Positions 19,601-28,822 of a stretch of DNA of 64,000 bases are shown here, piece after piece. Where the stretch lies: contig WJMJ01000059.1 in NCBI GenBank assembly GCA_014728035.1, forward strand, positions 96,001-160,000, in the 5' to 3' direction. The position numbers and the translations under genes were made by a program. The notes under the pieces were generated by a model. It was not told the origin of the DNA. It worked only from the letters and a program-made list of their open reading frames with translations, and ran no database searches. This stretch comes from Promethearchaeota archaeon (GTDB lineage: Archaea; Asgardarchaeota; Thorarchaeia; Thorarchaeales; Thorarchaeaceae). Each line of letters begins with the position of its first letter. Position 1 is the stretch's first letter.

Positions 19601-20204
19601 CCCCGTAAATCTCAAATCTCTTACAGATTACGATATAGAACGTCAGAAATATGATGAAATAGTCGAGAAAAAGGTCCAGCTTGAAGAAGAACATAAAGAA
19701 ATCATTGCGTTCATGGAAGAGTTAGAACGGGAAAAAACCCAGAAGTTCTTACATGTTTATAATGAGATAGCTGACAATTTCTCAAAGGTGTTTGCAAAAC
19801 TTTCTCCGGGTGGAGAAGCTAACCTGATGCTTGAGAATCCTGAACATCCGCTCATGGGTGGGATTACAGTACGTTCCAAACCTCGCGGGAAGGATGTTGT
19901 GACATTGGATGCAATGAGTGGCGGTGAAAAGACTATCACTGGACTGGCATTAATATTTGCAATCCAGATGTTCAGCCCAGCTTCATTCTATGTGTTTGAT
20001 GAGATAGATGCAGCTCTGGATAGTGTTAACGCACACAATGTAGCTCTACTAATCTCGGAGATGTCAAAATCATCACAATTCATTGTCGTGTCGTTGCGTG
20101 AACCAACTGTTCGTAAAGCAGATCTTTTGATTGGTGTTTCAAATCAAGATGGTATCTCACGTATTGTTTCAGTTGATTTAGAGGAGGTTGCATCCACAGC
20201 ATGA
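16614..20204 (+). CDS. smc: Chromosome segregation protein SMC
   Basis: Walker A GPNGSGKSN, coiled coils, hinge GRASFIPL...GLITGG, signature MSGGEK, Walker B FDEIDAALD. Confidence 0.98.
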   Translation: MVHIEKIVVKGFKSFGRDSVTIKINPGFTCVVGPNGSGKSNVIDAILFVLGQLSAKTLRANVFSDLLYSPPKAGMPPKAKSASVSIHFNNKDRKLQVDADKVVVERELDETGKSTCRVNGKVVTRSAVLDLLGSIGVDPNGYNLVLQGEIAQMVKVSPNDRRKLIEEIAGISAYDEQKNKALKKLAESEQNLGKVETQLQERRRQLERLEEERSDALRYTELKEKIRDVRVNRLAWTILKSDIRIDTIKETLTERAADAEKLEREFHETEEKIAETEVKIEEIDSLIDQITGGDSARISERFGVVSAAVNHVKSDLSRAENELDKSKREQDDIKARLDSIQDQIEYSEGKVKEKDRVLAALDEEIAKCKNDIAAMEETLAREQSDYYETQQRLQDLNNQMIALDEGVSEIRSAIKSDNRELGLAYEELTDSQESLRRTEEELTQLHTTFPSRKSAYEKMLEEEKRLQTELNEVIEREKTTDSEVAESARLVNSTREELIRLQARQDALKEAEDAFLKKQRALARVLEMRDTGEIEGIYGTIAELGTIDPDYSTALEVAGGGRLTHIVVEDDFVASECVRALKRERIGRASFIPLNKIRSRPPGELPDKEGVIGFALDLVDFDPKLQPAFEYAFTDTVVTEDFETAKILGFSRWRAVSLEGDLVEKSGLITGGHYQKRGAGISFQVEDRSYEIEEKLRGLEKILSEIRDKQESLHQKRRILQKEIETISKKSYREGVEIERLQQSIDEKEAKQANLREKISILELRIKELENQINELSIRDKELSEQRERVRERRDQCNELLAKSDAAKINQDIKDLKEILEHHRRQREDLQSDITSLRVSLEERLGPKSVELEHRIQSLNAVIPNLEEEVRVLAESLEDKEKELEELKTERAKIDDAVKDKRVDQIRMKEDLRNLRFRLEEIRDEMTSNEKAVYRLQTEQSRLESDIVALHAELKLIADIDHEIAIRKDLPELTYREIEELEEKIRELERELDEMGPVNLKSLTDYDIERQKYDEIVEKKVQLEEEHKEIIAFMEELEREKTQKFLHVYNEIADNFSKVFAKLSPGGEANLMLENPEHPLMGGITVRSKPRGKDVVTLDAMSGGEKTITGLALIFAIQMFSPASFYVFDEIDAALDSVNAHNVALLISEMSKSSQFIVVSLREPTVRKADLLIGVSNQDGISRIVSVDLEEVASTA

Positions 20205-20932
20205 CTCCTGATCCAGACCTTCCATTCTGGGCTACTCCTCCATATATTCTTCTTACAGACATCCTGCAGCTTGATAAAGTTGAACCATGGAATGTAGATG
20301 TTGGAAAATTGGTTGCCAGCTTCCTTCTTGAAATGAAACGAATGGGTGATATTGATTTCAGAGTTTCAGGTAATGCTCTATATTCAGCTTCAGTAATCTT
20401 CATGAAGAAGACAAGAGAACTTGTTGAGCTAGGGTTACTTCCTCCCGAGGAATCTGAGGATGATGACGAAGAGATAGAAATTCCACTAATCCGTCCACCA
20501 TTTAGACTCACAAATAGACGTGTAACTCTACAAGAACTGCTTGTTGCTATGGATAAGGTATTATCAAAGGGCGTTAGAAGAAGGTCAATTCCTTCACGAA
20601 GTCGAAGCCATAAATCAAAGATAGATCCGGTTAGTTTCACAATGGAAGTGAACAAATCCGATGTTGAAGAAACAATTTCTGAGATTTATGAAGATGTAAC
20701 TCGAATCGTGCAAGAGGGTGAAACTCTAAAATTTACAGACATTCTAATGAATTATACACGAAAAGAGGTAGTCCGGGCGTTCATTGCAATTCTTCATCTT
20801 TTTGCGAGAGCGTTTGTTGACATCTGGATGGATGAAGATGGAATAATCTGGATAAAGATGCTCCCACCACCTGCGGACGACCCAAGACTTACAGAGGAAG
20901 ATATCCAAGCTGAACTCGTAGTCAGTAGGTGA
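20201..20932 (+). CDS. scpA: Kleisin ScpA
   Basis: EPWNVDV, DFRVSG, RRVTLQELL, FIAILHL; overlaps the smc stop codon. Confidence 0.9.
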   Translation: MTPDPDLPFWATPPYILLTDILQLDKVEPWNVDVGKLVASFLLEMKRMGDIDFRVSGNALYSASVIFMKKTRELVELGLLPPEESEDDDEEIEIPLIRPPFRLTNRRVTLQELLVAMDKVLSKGVRRRSIPSRSRSHKSKIDPVSFTMEVNKSDVEETISEIYEDVTRIVQEGETLKFTDILMNYTRKEVVRAFIAILHLFARAFVDIWMDEDGIIWIKMLPPPADDPRLTEEDIQAELVVSR

Positions 20933-21492
20933 TACCACTGGTTGATGATAAAATTATTCTAGAAGCAGCGTTATATGTTGCTGGACGTCCACTAACCCTA
21001 GAAGAATTATCCGAAATTATCGGAAAAGCACAATCCACCACACAAAAGCTGCTTGAAGATTTGATTTTTTCATATCATAAGAAAGAAGGTGCATTAGAAG
21101 TTATTGCATTGCCACGAGACCGGTACGTAATGCAACTAAAACCTGAACTAACTCCATCTGTAGGAAGACTCATACCTGGTGGACTTCTTTCATTTTCCAC
21201 CCTTCAGACTCTGGTATTCATTGCACTTAAACAGCCCTTGCTACAGTCCGATCTTGTTAACTTCAGAGGAACTCATGTGTATGAGCACGTAAAGGAACTG
21301 GAAGATAAGAAATTCATCGATGCAGCTCCAGAAGGACGATCAAAACTGCTCAAAACTACCCCCTTGTTTGCAGATTATTTTGGCCTTGATCACGACCCTG
21401 TAAGACTCAAGGCACAACTAAAACACAAGATGAAGAAAATTCTTGAAGAGCAGAAGAGAGCTGAGGAAGAACAAGCTTCTGCCTTTGATTAA
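20929..21492 (+). CDS. scpB: SMC-Scp complex subunit ScpB
   Basis: LEAALYVAGRP, TLVFIALKQP, RG, TTPLFADYFGL. Confidence 0.93.
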   Translation: MIPLVDDKIILEAALYVAGRPLTLEELSEIIGKAQSTTQKLLEDLIFSYHKKEGALEVIALPRDRYVMQLKPELTPSVGRLIPGGLLSFSTLQTLVFIALKQPLLQSDLVNFRGTHVYEHVKELEDKKFIDAAPEGRSKLLKTTPLFADYFGLDHDPVRLKAQLKHKMKKILEEQKRAEEEQASAFD

Positions 21493-22502
21493 CATACTCT
21501 CGGAACTGGTTCGCCATAAGGAACCTGGATGATTTTTCTTCCTCCAATGGATGTTCTCATAATTACTCTTGGCGTATCTTTCTTGGCGATACCGATCACG
21601 CATGCATCTCTTGTCGAATTATGTTTCCGAAGTGTTGCAAGAATCGCATCGGTCTTGGTAGGATCTACTGCCATTACGACTGTTCCTTCACAACTCATGT
21701 GAAGTGGATTGAGACCAAGAACTTCACAAAGTGATTTCACGGCAGGACGTATGGGAATCTGCTTTTCTAGTAATTCTAGCTCCACTTTTGATTTTGATGC
21801 AATTTCATTAAGAGCAACTGCTGCACCACCTCGTGTAGGGTCTTTCATTGCATGAACACCACCAATATCAAGACAATCACGAATGGGTAGCCAAAGAGGA
21901 GCGACATCACTTTTCAAATCGGTTTCGAACTCAAGACCCTCTCGATGAGCTAGTAAGGTCGTACCATGATCACCAATTGGGCCAGTCACCACTATATCAT
22001 CGCCAACTTTTGCTCCTGCATCGGTAACTGGTTTATCTCCATAAACAGTTCCAATTCCTGTTGTTGACATTACAAGTTTATCAAGAGTTCCATGGGGCAT
22101 CACTTTCGTGTCCCCTGCAATCATTGCCACATCTAATGGCTCGATGATGCTGTCGATATATCTCAATAGCTCACCTAGGGTTTCAATCTCAAAGCCCTCC
22201 TCAACTATGACAGTATTAGTCATAGCTATTGGACGAGCACCCATTACTGCCACATCATTAATCGTTCCACATGCTGTAAGCGTACCTATATTTCCACCAG
22301 GGAAGAATAATGGTTGGACTGTATGTGCGTCTGTACAGACGATTAGATCAGTTCTATCTACATTAAGTGTGGCACCATCATCCATCTCATCTAGTCCTAG
22401 CTCACCAATTTTTCTCCGTTTGAAAGATGGAATAATAACATCTTCGAGAAGACGTTGCATGATTTTGCCGCCAGCCCCATGAGCAGTTTCAATTTTTGTC
22501 AA
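21489..22502 (-). CDS. hypE: Hydrogenase maturation protein HypE
   Basis: AHGAGG, PLFFPGGNIG, AMKDPTRGG, C-terminal PRVC. Confidence 0.96.
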   Translation of the reverse strand: MTKIETAHGAGGKIMQRLLEDVIIPSFKRRKIGELGLDEMDDGATLNVDRTDLIVCTDAHTVQPLFFPGGNIGTLTACGTINDVAVMGARPIAMTNTVIVEEGFEIETLGELLRYIDSIIEPLDVAMIAGDTKVMPHGTLDKLVMSTTGIGTVYGDKPVTDAGAKVGDDIVVTGPIGDHGTTLLAHREGLEFETDLKSDVAPLWLPIRDCLDIGGVHAMKDPTRGGAAVALNEIASKSKVELELLEKQIPIRPAVKSLCEVLGLNPLHMSCEGTVVMAVDPTKTDAILATLRKHNSTRDACVIGIAKKDTPRVIMRTSIGGRKIIQVPYGEPVPRVC

Positions 22503-22664
22503 TGCGGGGACCTCGATATCTTTTCAGACAGGTCTTCTATTTGAACACCTCTATGTGGACCTATAGTAATTGTCACTGAGTAAAGCTTTTTAACATCAAC
22601 AAAAGACTCTCGTCTTACCAGCTAATATTCATTAATAGTTGGAATAAAGAAAGAGGCATCCACT

Positions 22665-23027
22665 ATGGGTATTTGGCATAGACGCTCAGGCCGTACAAAG
22701 ACAGGCGCTCGAATTAAGAAGTTTCGAAGTAAAAGAAAATATGAACTTGGCAGAACGGCCACCGAAACTCAAATGGGCGAAACACATCGTATCGATATGG
22801 ATGATAAGCAACCACTCCTCAAGGCCAAATTTGTCAATGTCTATGACCCCAAGAAGAATGAGACCTATCGCGTAGAGATCAAAGATGTTGAGAAAAATCC
22901 TGCTAATATGGACTATCAACGCAGGAAAGTCATTACACGCGGTACTATCATAAAAACCGAAAAGGGGAAGGCACGTGTAACCTCTCGCCCAGGTCAAACT
23001 GGCATTATGAATGCAGTCTTAATTTAG
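22665..23027 (+). CDS. rps8e: 30S ribosomal protein eS8
   Basis: KRKYELGR, NPAN..Y.RRKVITRG, ARVTSRPGQTG. Confidence 0.97.
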   Translation: MGIWHRRSGRTKTGARIKKFRSKRKYELGRTATETQMGETHRIDMDDKQPLLKAKFVNVYDPKKNETYRVEIKDVEKNPANMDYQRRKVITRGTIIKTEKGKARVTSRPGQTGIMNAVLI

Positions 23028-23306
23028 AGCACAACTATCATTATCTCTCTAACATTCATATCCAATACTGTCTTTCATAAAACAATAGTATAGGATATAT
23101 CAAAAACAGACAACTAAATTGATTATTCCACTAGTATAGTCTTCTGTATTACTCAATATAAACATGTCAAGAAAAGGGTGTTTCATTACTCTTTCTTGAA
23201 GGAAATTGGGCATTTTATTGATAATTATTGACTCCTACTTTTCATCGGATTTTGCTAATTTGTGCAAGCACTAGTATTCAGTTGACAAATTATAGGAGAA
23301 CGACAA

Positions 23307-23345
23307 ATGAATCCAATGACTCCCCCACCAGATGGCCCTTGGTAA
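23307..23345 (+). CDS. Candidate 12-aa proline-rich micropeptide MNPMTPPPDGPW
   Basis: AGGAG at 23294-98, ATG 23307, TAA 23343-45, followed by a hairpin at 23364-95; not in the ORF track. Confidence 0.4.
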   Translation: MNPMTPPPDGPW

Positions 23346-23363
23346 AATACCTGCAAACATTTC

Positions 23364-23395
23364 AAAGTAGATATTTGTTTTCAGATATCTACTTT
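23364..23395. terminator. Stem-loop terminator between the micro-ORF and the convergent prolyl oligopeptidase
   Basis: AAAGTAGATAT...ATATCTACTTT perfect 11-bp arms (14 bp with one G-U), followed by T-rich sequence on +. Confidence 0.6.
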
Positions 23396-23435
23396 CTTAT
23401 TTTATTCTGAAGCCAATTTATCAGGGACATTCTAC

Positions 23436-25520
23436 TTAATCAGTAGGGGAATAATTTGCATTTCTACCCGAATTTGCCAGATGGAATTTTAGCTCTAATG
23501 ACCAATAATCAATCCAACCTAAAATTGGCATCCCTCCTTCGTGACCAGATTCCTTTTGAATCCATAACAAATGAGGATTATGCAGATCTGGGCTGAGATT
23601 CTGAAGTTTTGCAGTCATCTTCATTGCATGCATGTGATCGACACGTGTATCGTTTTCAGCAAGGTATAGCAATGTGGATGGATAATTTCGTTTGTGAAGA
23701 TTATGATATGGGCTATATTCTATCAACCATTTGAAATCATCTCCATTTTTTGGGTTACCATATTCAGGATACCAATATTCGGATAATGGTTGAATCACAA
23801 AGCGAACCATATCTGTAAGAGGTGATCCAGCAAATACCGAAGAAAAAAGATTTGGTTTCTGTGTCATTGCAGAAAGAACAATCAGACCTCCATTACTGCT
23901 CCCTCTTATTCCCACTTTATTGCTGAAAGCAATGCGTTCTTTAATAAACCATGATGACGCACTAATCAAATCACTAATAGTATTTAGTTTCTTTTCTTTT
24001 ATTCCATTGAAGTGCCAATCGTGTCCGAATTCTCCACCTCCTCTTACATTCACAACAACATAAATTCCATCAAGTTCATTCCAGACAACATGTAATGGAG
24101 AGTATGTGGGAGTTAATGACTCCCCAAAACCTCCATAGCAATAAAGAAGAACGGGATGTGCTTTTTCTAAGTCTAGATTTCTTCTATGTAAAACAAACAT
24201 AGGAATTTTTGTTCCATCATGGGAATCAATCCAGATTTGTCTAACTTGAAACTTTTTAGACTGGAGTGATAACGTCGGTGACCAAAAAAGCGAAACTCCG
24301 CTACACGGATGATAGAAGTAGTGTTCCATAGGATAATGAAATGAGTTCTTGACAAAAGTTGCGAAATCAATTCCGTTATATGATGATAATGACGAAATCT
24401 TCAATATTTCATCGGTTCCAAGTATTGATGATACGATTTCCGACTCCAAATCAAAGTTATACAATACTGATTTCGCATCGACAGACTCGATAAATAAGAG
24501 ATGATTATCTAAAGGAGCAATATCCTCAATGGTATTATTGCGTTCGGAAATGATTATTTTGTGCTTTATAAATTGAATATCTTTACATGATGATAAATCA
24601 AAAAGTAATACTTCACCTTTTGGTGCTTTTTTTTGAGATAATATGTATAATAGGTTATTCCGATAACACGCAATAATTTTTGGAGATTCTTCTAAGAGTG
24701 AAACCAATAACGGTTGTGCTGAATCGCGATGGCTCAGAGATAATAGCATACAATCAGATGATGTTGCTCTTGTTCGTGTAAATATCAAATATTGGCTATT
24801 GAAAATCCCAATCAATGTAATCATTTCAAGAGGTCGTTTATTTGGTGAAAATATACAGGAGTCTTCAGCACTGGAATATAGCTCATGATAGAAGATACTT
24901 CCACTCTGAATATCATCATCTACTTTTTGAAATGCATTGAATGTATAGTAAAAGCCGCGTGAATTATCAAGCCAAATTATAGATGGCATAACATGTCGGA
25001 TGAATTCATCCGATAGGAACTTTTTAGTAGAAACATCAATTATCCTTAGTTCAATTTTATCAGTTCCACCTTTGGAAAATCCGCATACCACGAAACAGCC
25101 ATCGGGAGATGGAAAATAGCAATTTATTTTTGTTGTGCCACTGGAATCAATATCTATGGGATTAACTAGTTCAATTCGGCACCCGTCTACATTATCTTGA
25201 TAATACAATCTCATCTGAGGGTCATGCTGTTCGCGATATAGATAGAAAAATCGAAAGCCATCTGCCAGCTCTCTTACAATAGCAGATTTTGAAGACATTG
25301 AATCGAACAATGATATCTCCTTTAATCTCTCCCTAATCGGTTCCTGGTTTCCAAAGCTCTCAAAGATTTTCTTAGAGAGTTTCATCTGCTGTTCAATCCA
25401 GCTCTTGACTTCTGGATTATCTTTATCTTCTAGCCATCTATATGGGTCTCGAACTTCTACTCCGTGTATGGTTTCAACGATATCCTCCGTTCGAGTTTCT
25501 GGATACTCAATCCCTTCCAT
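23436..25520 (-). CDS. Prolyl oligopeptidase (S9A)
   Basis: DPYRWLED, YGGF, RGGGEFG, catalytic GSSNGG (Ser), NDTRV (Asp), SGH (His). Confidence 0.94.
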   Translation of the reverse strand: MEGIEYPETRTEDIVETIHGVEVRDPYRWLEDKDNPEVKSWIEQQMKLSKKIFESFGNQEPIRERLKEISLFDSMSSKSAIVRELADGFRFFYLYREQHDPQMRLYYQDNVDGCRIELVNPIDIDSSGTTKINCYFPSPDGCFVVCGFSKGGTDKIELRIIDVSTKKFLSDEFIRHVMPSIIWLDNSRGFYYTFNAFQKVDDDIQSGSIFYHELYSSAEDSCIFSPNKRPLEMITLIGIFNSQYLIFTRTRATSSDCMLLSLSHRDSAQPLLVSLLEESPKIIACYRNNLLYILSQKKAPKGEVLLFDLSSCKDIQFIKHKIIISERNNTIEDIAPLDNHLLFIESVDAKSVLYNFDLESEIVSSILGTDEILKISSLSSYNGIDFATFVKNSFHYPMEHYFYHPCSGVSLFWSPTLSLQSKKFQVRQIWIDSHDGTKIPMFVLHRRNLDLEKAHPVLLYCYGGFGESLTPTYSPLHVVWNELDGIYVVVNVRGGGEFGHDWHFNGIKEKKLNTISDLISASSWFIKERIAFSNKVGIRGSSNGGLIVLSAMTQKPNLFSSVFAGSPLTDMVRFVIQPLSEYWYPEYGNPKNGDDFKWLIEYSPYHNLHKRNYPSTLLYLAENDTRVDHMHAMKMTAKLQNLSPDLHNPHLLWIQKESGHEGGMPILGWIDYWSLELKFHLANSGRNANYSPTD

Positions 25521-25605
25521 TGTTGTAATCCTACCAACTCACGAATGGTATGATACATCTAACTAGTTTGCTTAAAAACAGTCCGAAGTTACTCATAGAT
25601 AGAAT

Positions 25606-25989
25606 CTATGTTTCGACCTCTGCTTCGATGTTGGTGATAACAAACTCCTTGCCTCCAGTAATCATTGTTGCACTACTCTTGCATTTTGGACATTTCATAG
25701 GTGCGAACATAGCAATCTGTTCTGGAATCTCGGGATCCGGTTCAACTTCCCCTTCATATCCACAATCTGTACACTCAAGACGTCCCTTCACTGGATTGAT
25801 ACGAAGTTCTGCCCCTTCGACGATAGTATTTTGACTTGCAATTTCGAAATTGAATGCTAGCTGCTCAGGAATAAGAAAAGTAAACTCGCCAAGGTCGATA
25901 TTGACAGCTGTGACTTTTGTTATATCATGTCCTTTGGCACCCTCGACTGCTGCTTCTACAATGGAACAGGCTGCTGAGAATTCGTGCAA
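25606..25989 (-). CDS. hypA: Hydrogenase nickel chaperone HypA
   Basis: MHE N-terminus (GTG start), CTDC and CPKC, GKEF. Confidence 0.95.
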   Translation of the reverse strand: MHEFSAACSIVEAAVEGAKGHDITKVTAVNIDLGEFTFLIPEQLAFNFEIASQNTIVEGAELRINPVKGRLECTDCGYEGEVEPDPEIPEQIAMFAPMKCPKCKSSATMITGGKEFVITNIEAEVET

Positions 25990-26139
25990 ATCGATTCATC
26001 CTCACAGTTGAGGGTTAAATATTAAGTAAAGACATTTTGCTTGTTGGCATAATGGTTTAAGACAGATAGAGTAATTTGGTCTTGTGCAAATCTGTTTTAC
26101 AAGACCTCTCTATGTGTTACACAATTTGGAGGATTCAGA

Positions 26140-26784
26140 TTGACTAAGAAAGCAAGTACGAAACAGAATGAGCCGGACTTGAGTGAAATCTCGGGGATTG
26201 GACCAAAACTGCAAGAAAGTCTACGTGAGGCAGGATTTGGTTCTGTAAAACAACTTGCTGAAGCAAATCCGGATACATTAGCGAAGGAAGTTGACGGTGT
26301 CGGACAAGCCACCGCTAAGAAGATCATAAAGGCAGCAAAGAAACTTTCCAAAGGAAAGACGGCTACTGGAAAGTCTAAATCCAAGAGAAAGAAGACAAAA
26401 AAACCTGCAAAGAAATCAATTAAAGAACAAATCATTGATGAACTCATTATCGAACTTCAAAGCGCTGACCAGCAGATTGCATTAGGGGCGGTTGACCAGC
26501 TTGCAAGAATAGAGGGGCCCCTCGCAACAGAATGTCTGGTAGATTGTCTTGAGGACAAACGATATATGGTTCGTTTGCAAGCTGCAATGAAACTTGGCGA
26601 GCGTGGCGACAAGAGTGCTGTTGATGGGTTGATAAAATCTCTCTCTGATGAATCCCTTTTTGTGAGGCAAACATCTGCTGGTGCATTAGATACAATTGGT
26701 GGAGCTAAAGCAACAAAGGCAATCCGGAAAGCAGAGGAAGATGGACTACTTATGGGAGACCTTCCAAAAGGAAAGAAATTGTAG
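26140..26784 (+). CDS. Helix-hairpin-helix + Lys-rich linker + HEAT-like repeat protein
   Basis: ISGIGPK and DGVGQATAKKII HhH motifs; KSKSKRKKTKK linker; VRLQAAMKLG and VRQTSAGALD HEAT repeats. Confidence 0.8.
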   Translation: MTKKASTKQNEPDLSEISGIGPKLQESLREAGFGSVKQLAEANPDTLAKEVDGVGQATAKKIIKAAKKLSKGKTATGKSKSKRKKTKKPAKKSIKEQIIDELIIELQSADQQIALGAVDQLARIEGPLATECLVDCLEDKRYMVRLQAAMKLGERGDKSAVDGLIKSLSDESLFVRQTSAGALDTIGGAKATKAIRKAEEDGLLMGDLPKGKKL

Positions 26785-26934
26785 GTTTTGAATTGCGATA
26801 TAGATTAACAATCAAGCACAATCGGTAAGCAACTTGCACAATAATATAGTGAGGCAAGAATTCTCGACATGCCGTTCTGCTTATATCCCTATAATACTTA
26901 CATTCTCCATTATAATACTGGAGACTTGAGGAAA

Positions 26935-27471
26935 ATGGGTGATTTGGATTTAGCTGAAATAAAAAGAATTCAGGCAGCTATTCAGGATTTAGATTTGGAC
27001 TATATGAGAGGTTTGGTTGACGAAGAGGAGTACAATACCAAATTAGAGGTTTTGAAGAAAAAATTAGAAGAAGCTGGAGGAGCCACGACCAAGGTTTCCG
27101 CAATCGGAGATACTGAAGAACCCGCTGCTATTACCAGTACTTCACCAACAAAACAAGCAATGACTGACCCTGTCACTGCTGTGAAACAGACCATTCAGAA
27201 AATGAGACGACTTCCTATTGAAAAAATTGCCCAAGAGGCAGGTGTGAGTGCTCTGAATGTAAGCCGTATCTTAAGTGATTTGATCGATGGGCGCGACCTT
27301 TCGGGACGTATAGACCGTGATGCGGGAGACTTCATTTTGGGAACCGGCACGGGTCCTGCACCAAAATCAATAGCTGTATGCCCTTATTGTAAGAAAGACC
27401 TCAAACGTATTGCAGTCAAGGGTGAAACGATAACCTGCGCGACCTGCAGAGAGTCATTCATTGTATCTTAG
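26935..27471 (+). CDS. SHOCT-like + PCI-like winged helix + Zn-ribbon protein
   Basis: RGLVDEEEY, IEKIAQEAGVS...LIDGRDLSGRID, CPYC..CATC; start probably 26935 (ORF track 26869). Confidence 0.72.
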   Translation: MGDLDLAEIKRIQAAIQDLDLDYMRGLVDEEEYNTKLEVLKKKLEEAGGATTKVSAIGDTEEPAAITSTSPTKQAMTDPVTAVKQTIQKMRRLPIEKIAQEAGVSALNVSRILSDLIDGRDLSGRIDRDAGDFILGTGTGPAPKSIAVCPYCKKDLKRIAVKGETITCATCRESFIVS

Positions 27472-27556
27472 ACAGAATTGAGTGGACCATTCCTATGAAA
27501 GAACGAATTTGGGGATGTTCAGTTTTCAGCATATTGATATCCATCGGTGATAAATC

Positions 27557-28822
27557 ATGAGCCTCTTTCAAACAATCATCAAGTGTGATGAATCAAAATC
27601 TGCCAAGATTGCTAGTGAGATGATAGAGAGAGGCCGTCCGATAGCACTTTGGATAGTTATGATGCATGCTGCAGCATGGCATGAACAACGTACATACGAT
27701 ACACCGCATTCAACTATTGCCACATACGCGACTCATAGAATGGTAGAAGAGCTAGGCCCTAATGCAGACATCCTTTCCGAAGAATCCGACAGGGCATCTA
27801 TCAATGTTCCAGAGGAACTAAGAATTACTCTTCAAAAAGCACTTGTTGAACGAAATGCTCTTCATTTGGCAGCGATTGACCACTGGAAAAATGAACATGG
27901 GCCTAGGTATACCGTCGATGCTAGAAGAGATAGCCCTAACAATCTTATTCACAGCTATACTCAGTCGATTAGAGAAAAAAGCCTGATGGGCTCCTTGAGA
28001 GCTGCTTTTAGTCTTACCACATACGGTGAAACTCTTCGATTTACTCGTCGAGCTCTCACTCTTGCAGCAGAAAAACCTGACTCACTTGGACATGGATTCA
28101 TTATGCCTTTTTCTTTGCTTTCCGAACTTCCAGAGGCAAAGTTCTCACTTCCACACAAAGCAATACTATGGCACCTCTCAGAGTATATGGTTCGAAAAGT
28201 GCCTAATAAACAGCCAGAGGATTTCCAATCTGAAGGGGTTGATAAGAAACTCGCAGCCCGCTCCGATTTATCAAATCATACTAAATTGGTTACAAATGCA
28301 ATTGTAAATTATGGCATTTTGGGGCACAACGGAATATTTGCTCATCGTATAGATGAAGCAGCCAGAAAAGGACTAGTAGATCAAAAGGTAATGACTTGGT
28401 TGATTGATAGACTTAAACAGAATGTGGGAGAAACAAAGGAACTCGACAAACTTGAACCCTCACTGTTGATTCAAAAAACTCAAGGGGCTACATGGGAGAA
28501 GACACCAAGTTTTATTGAGGTGCCTCACGCACAAACAGTACGAAAATGGTTTGAAAACAATTATGCGGATTATTGGACTGCACTATTTGATGCCAAATCA
28601 ATTACTTTTGAAGAATTGATACAAGATATCAAAGGAAACGACTGGGATTTAATACGCGCTGCTCAATTTGCAATGTGTTCGCTAAATGGAAGCCCCAATG
28701 CATCACATGTTGTCATCTTCACTCAAGCTGTTTGGAATCTAGTGGACAAGAAGTTAGTATCAAATAAATTGGCAGCTTTGCAGGTTCACAGAATGCTTAG
28801 AGAGTACTTGAAAGGGCGATAA
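27557..28822 (+). CDS. Hypothetical helical protein with repeated His motifs
   Basis: PHSTI, GHGFI, GHNGI, SHVVI motifs; GGTGA SD. Confidence 0.78.
   Translation: MSLFQTIIKCDESKSAKIASEMIERGRPIALWIVMMHAAAWHEQRTYDTPHSTIATYATHRMVEELGPNADILSEESDRASINVPEELRITLQKALVERNALHLAAIDHWKNEHGPRYTVDARRDSPNNLIHSYTQSIREKSLMGSLRAAFSLTTYGETLRFTRRALTLAAEKPDSLGHGFIMPFSLLSELPEAKFSLPHKAILWHLSEYMVRKVPNKQPEDFQSEGVDKKLAARSDLSNHTKLVTNAIVNYGILGHNGIFAHRIDEAARKGLVDQKVMTWLIDRLKQNVGETKELDKLEPSLLIQKTQGATWEKTPSFIEVPHAQTVRKWFENNYADYWTALFDAKSITFEELIQDIKGNDWDLIRAAQFAMCSLNGSPNASHVVIFTQAVWNLVDKKLVSNKLAALQVHRMLREYLKGR

Noticed and set aside
17100-19750. GAA/AGA-rich low-complexity sequence as a DNA repeat
   Set aside because: Explained by SMC coiled-coil coding
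23228-23410. 60-aa ORF from the ORF track in the rps8e-POP gap
   Set aside because: TTG start without SD, no motif, and it runs through the terminator hairpin
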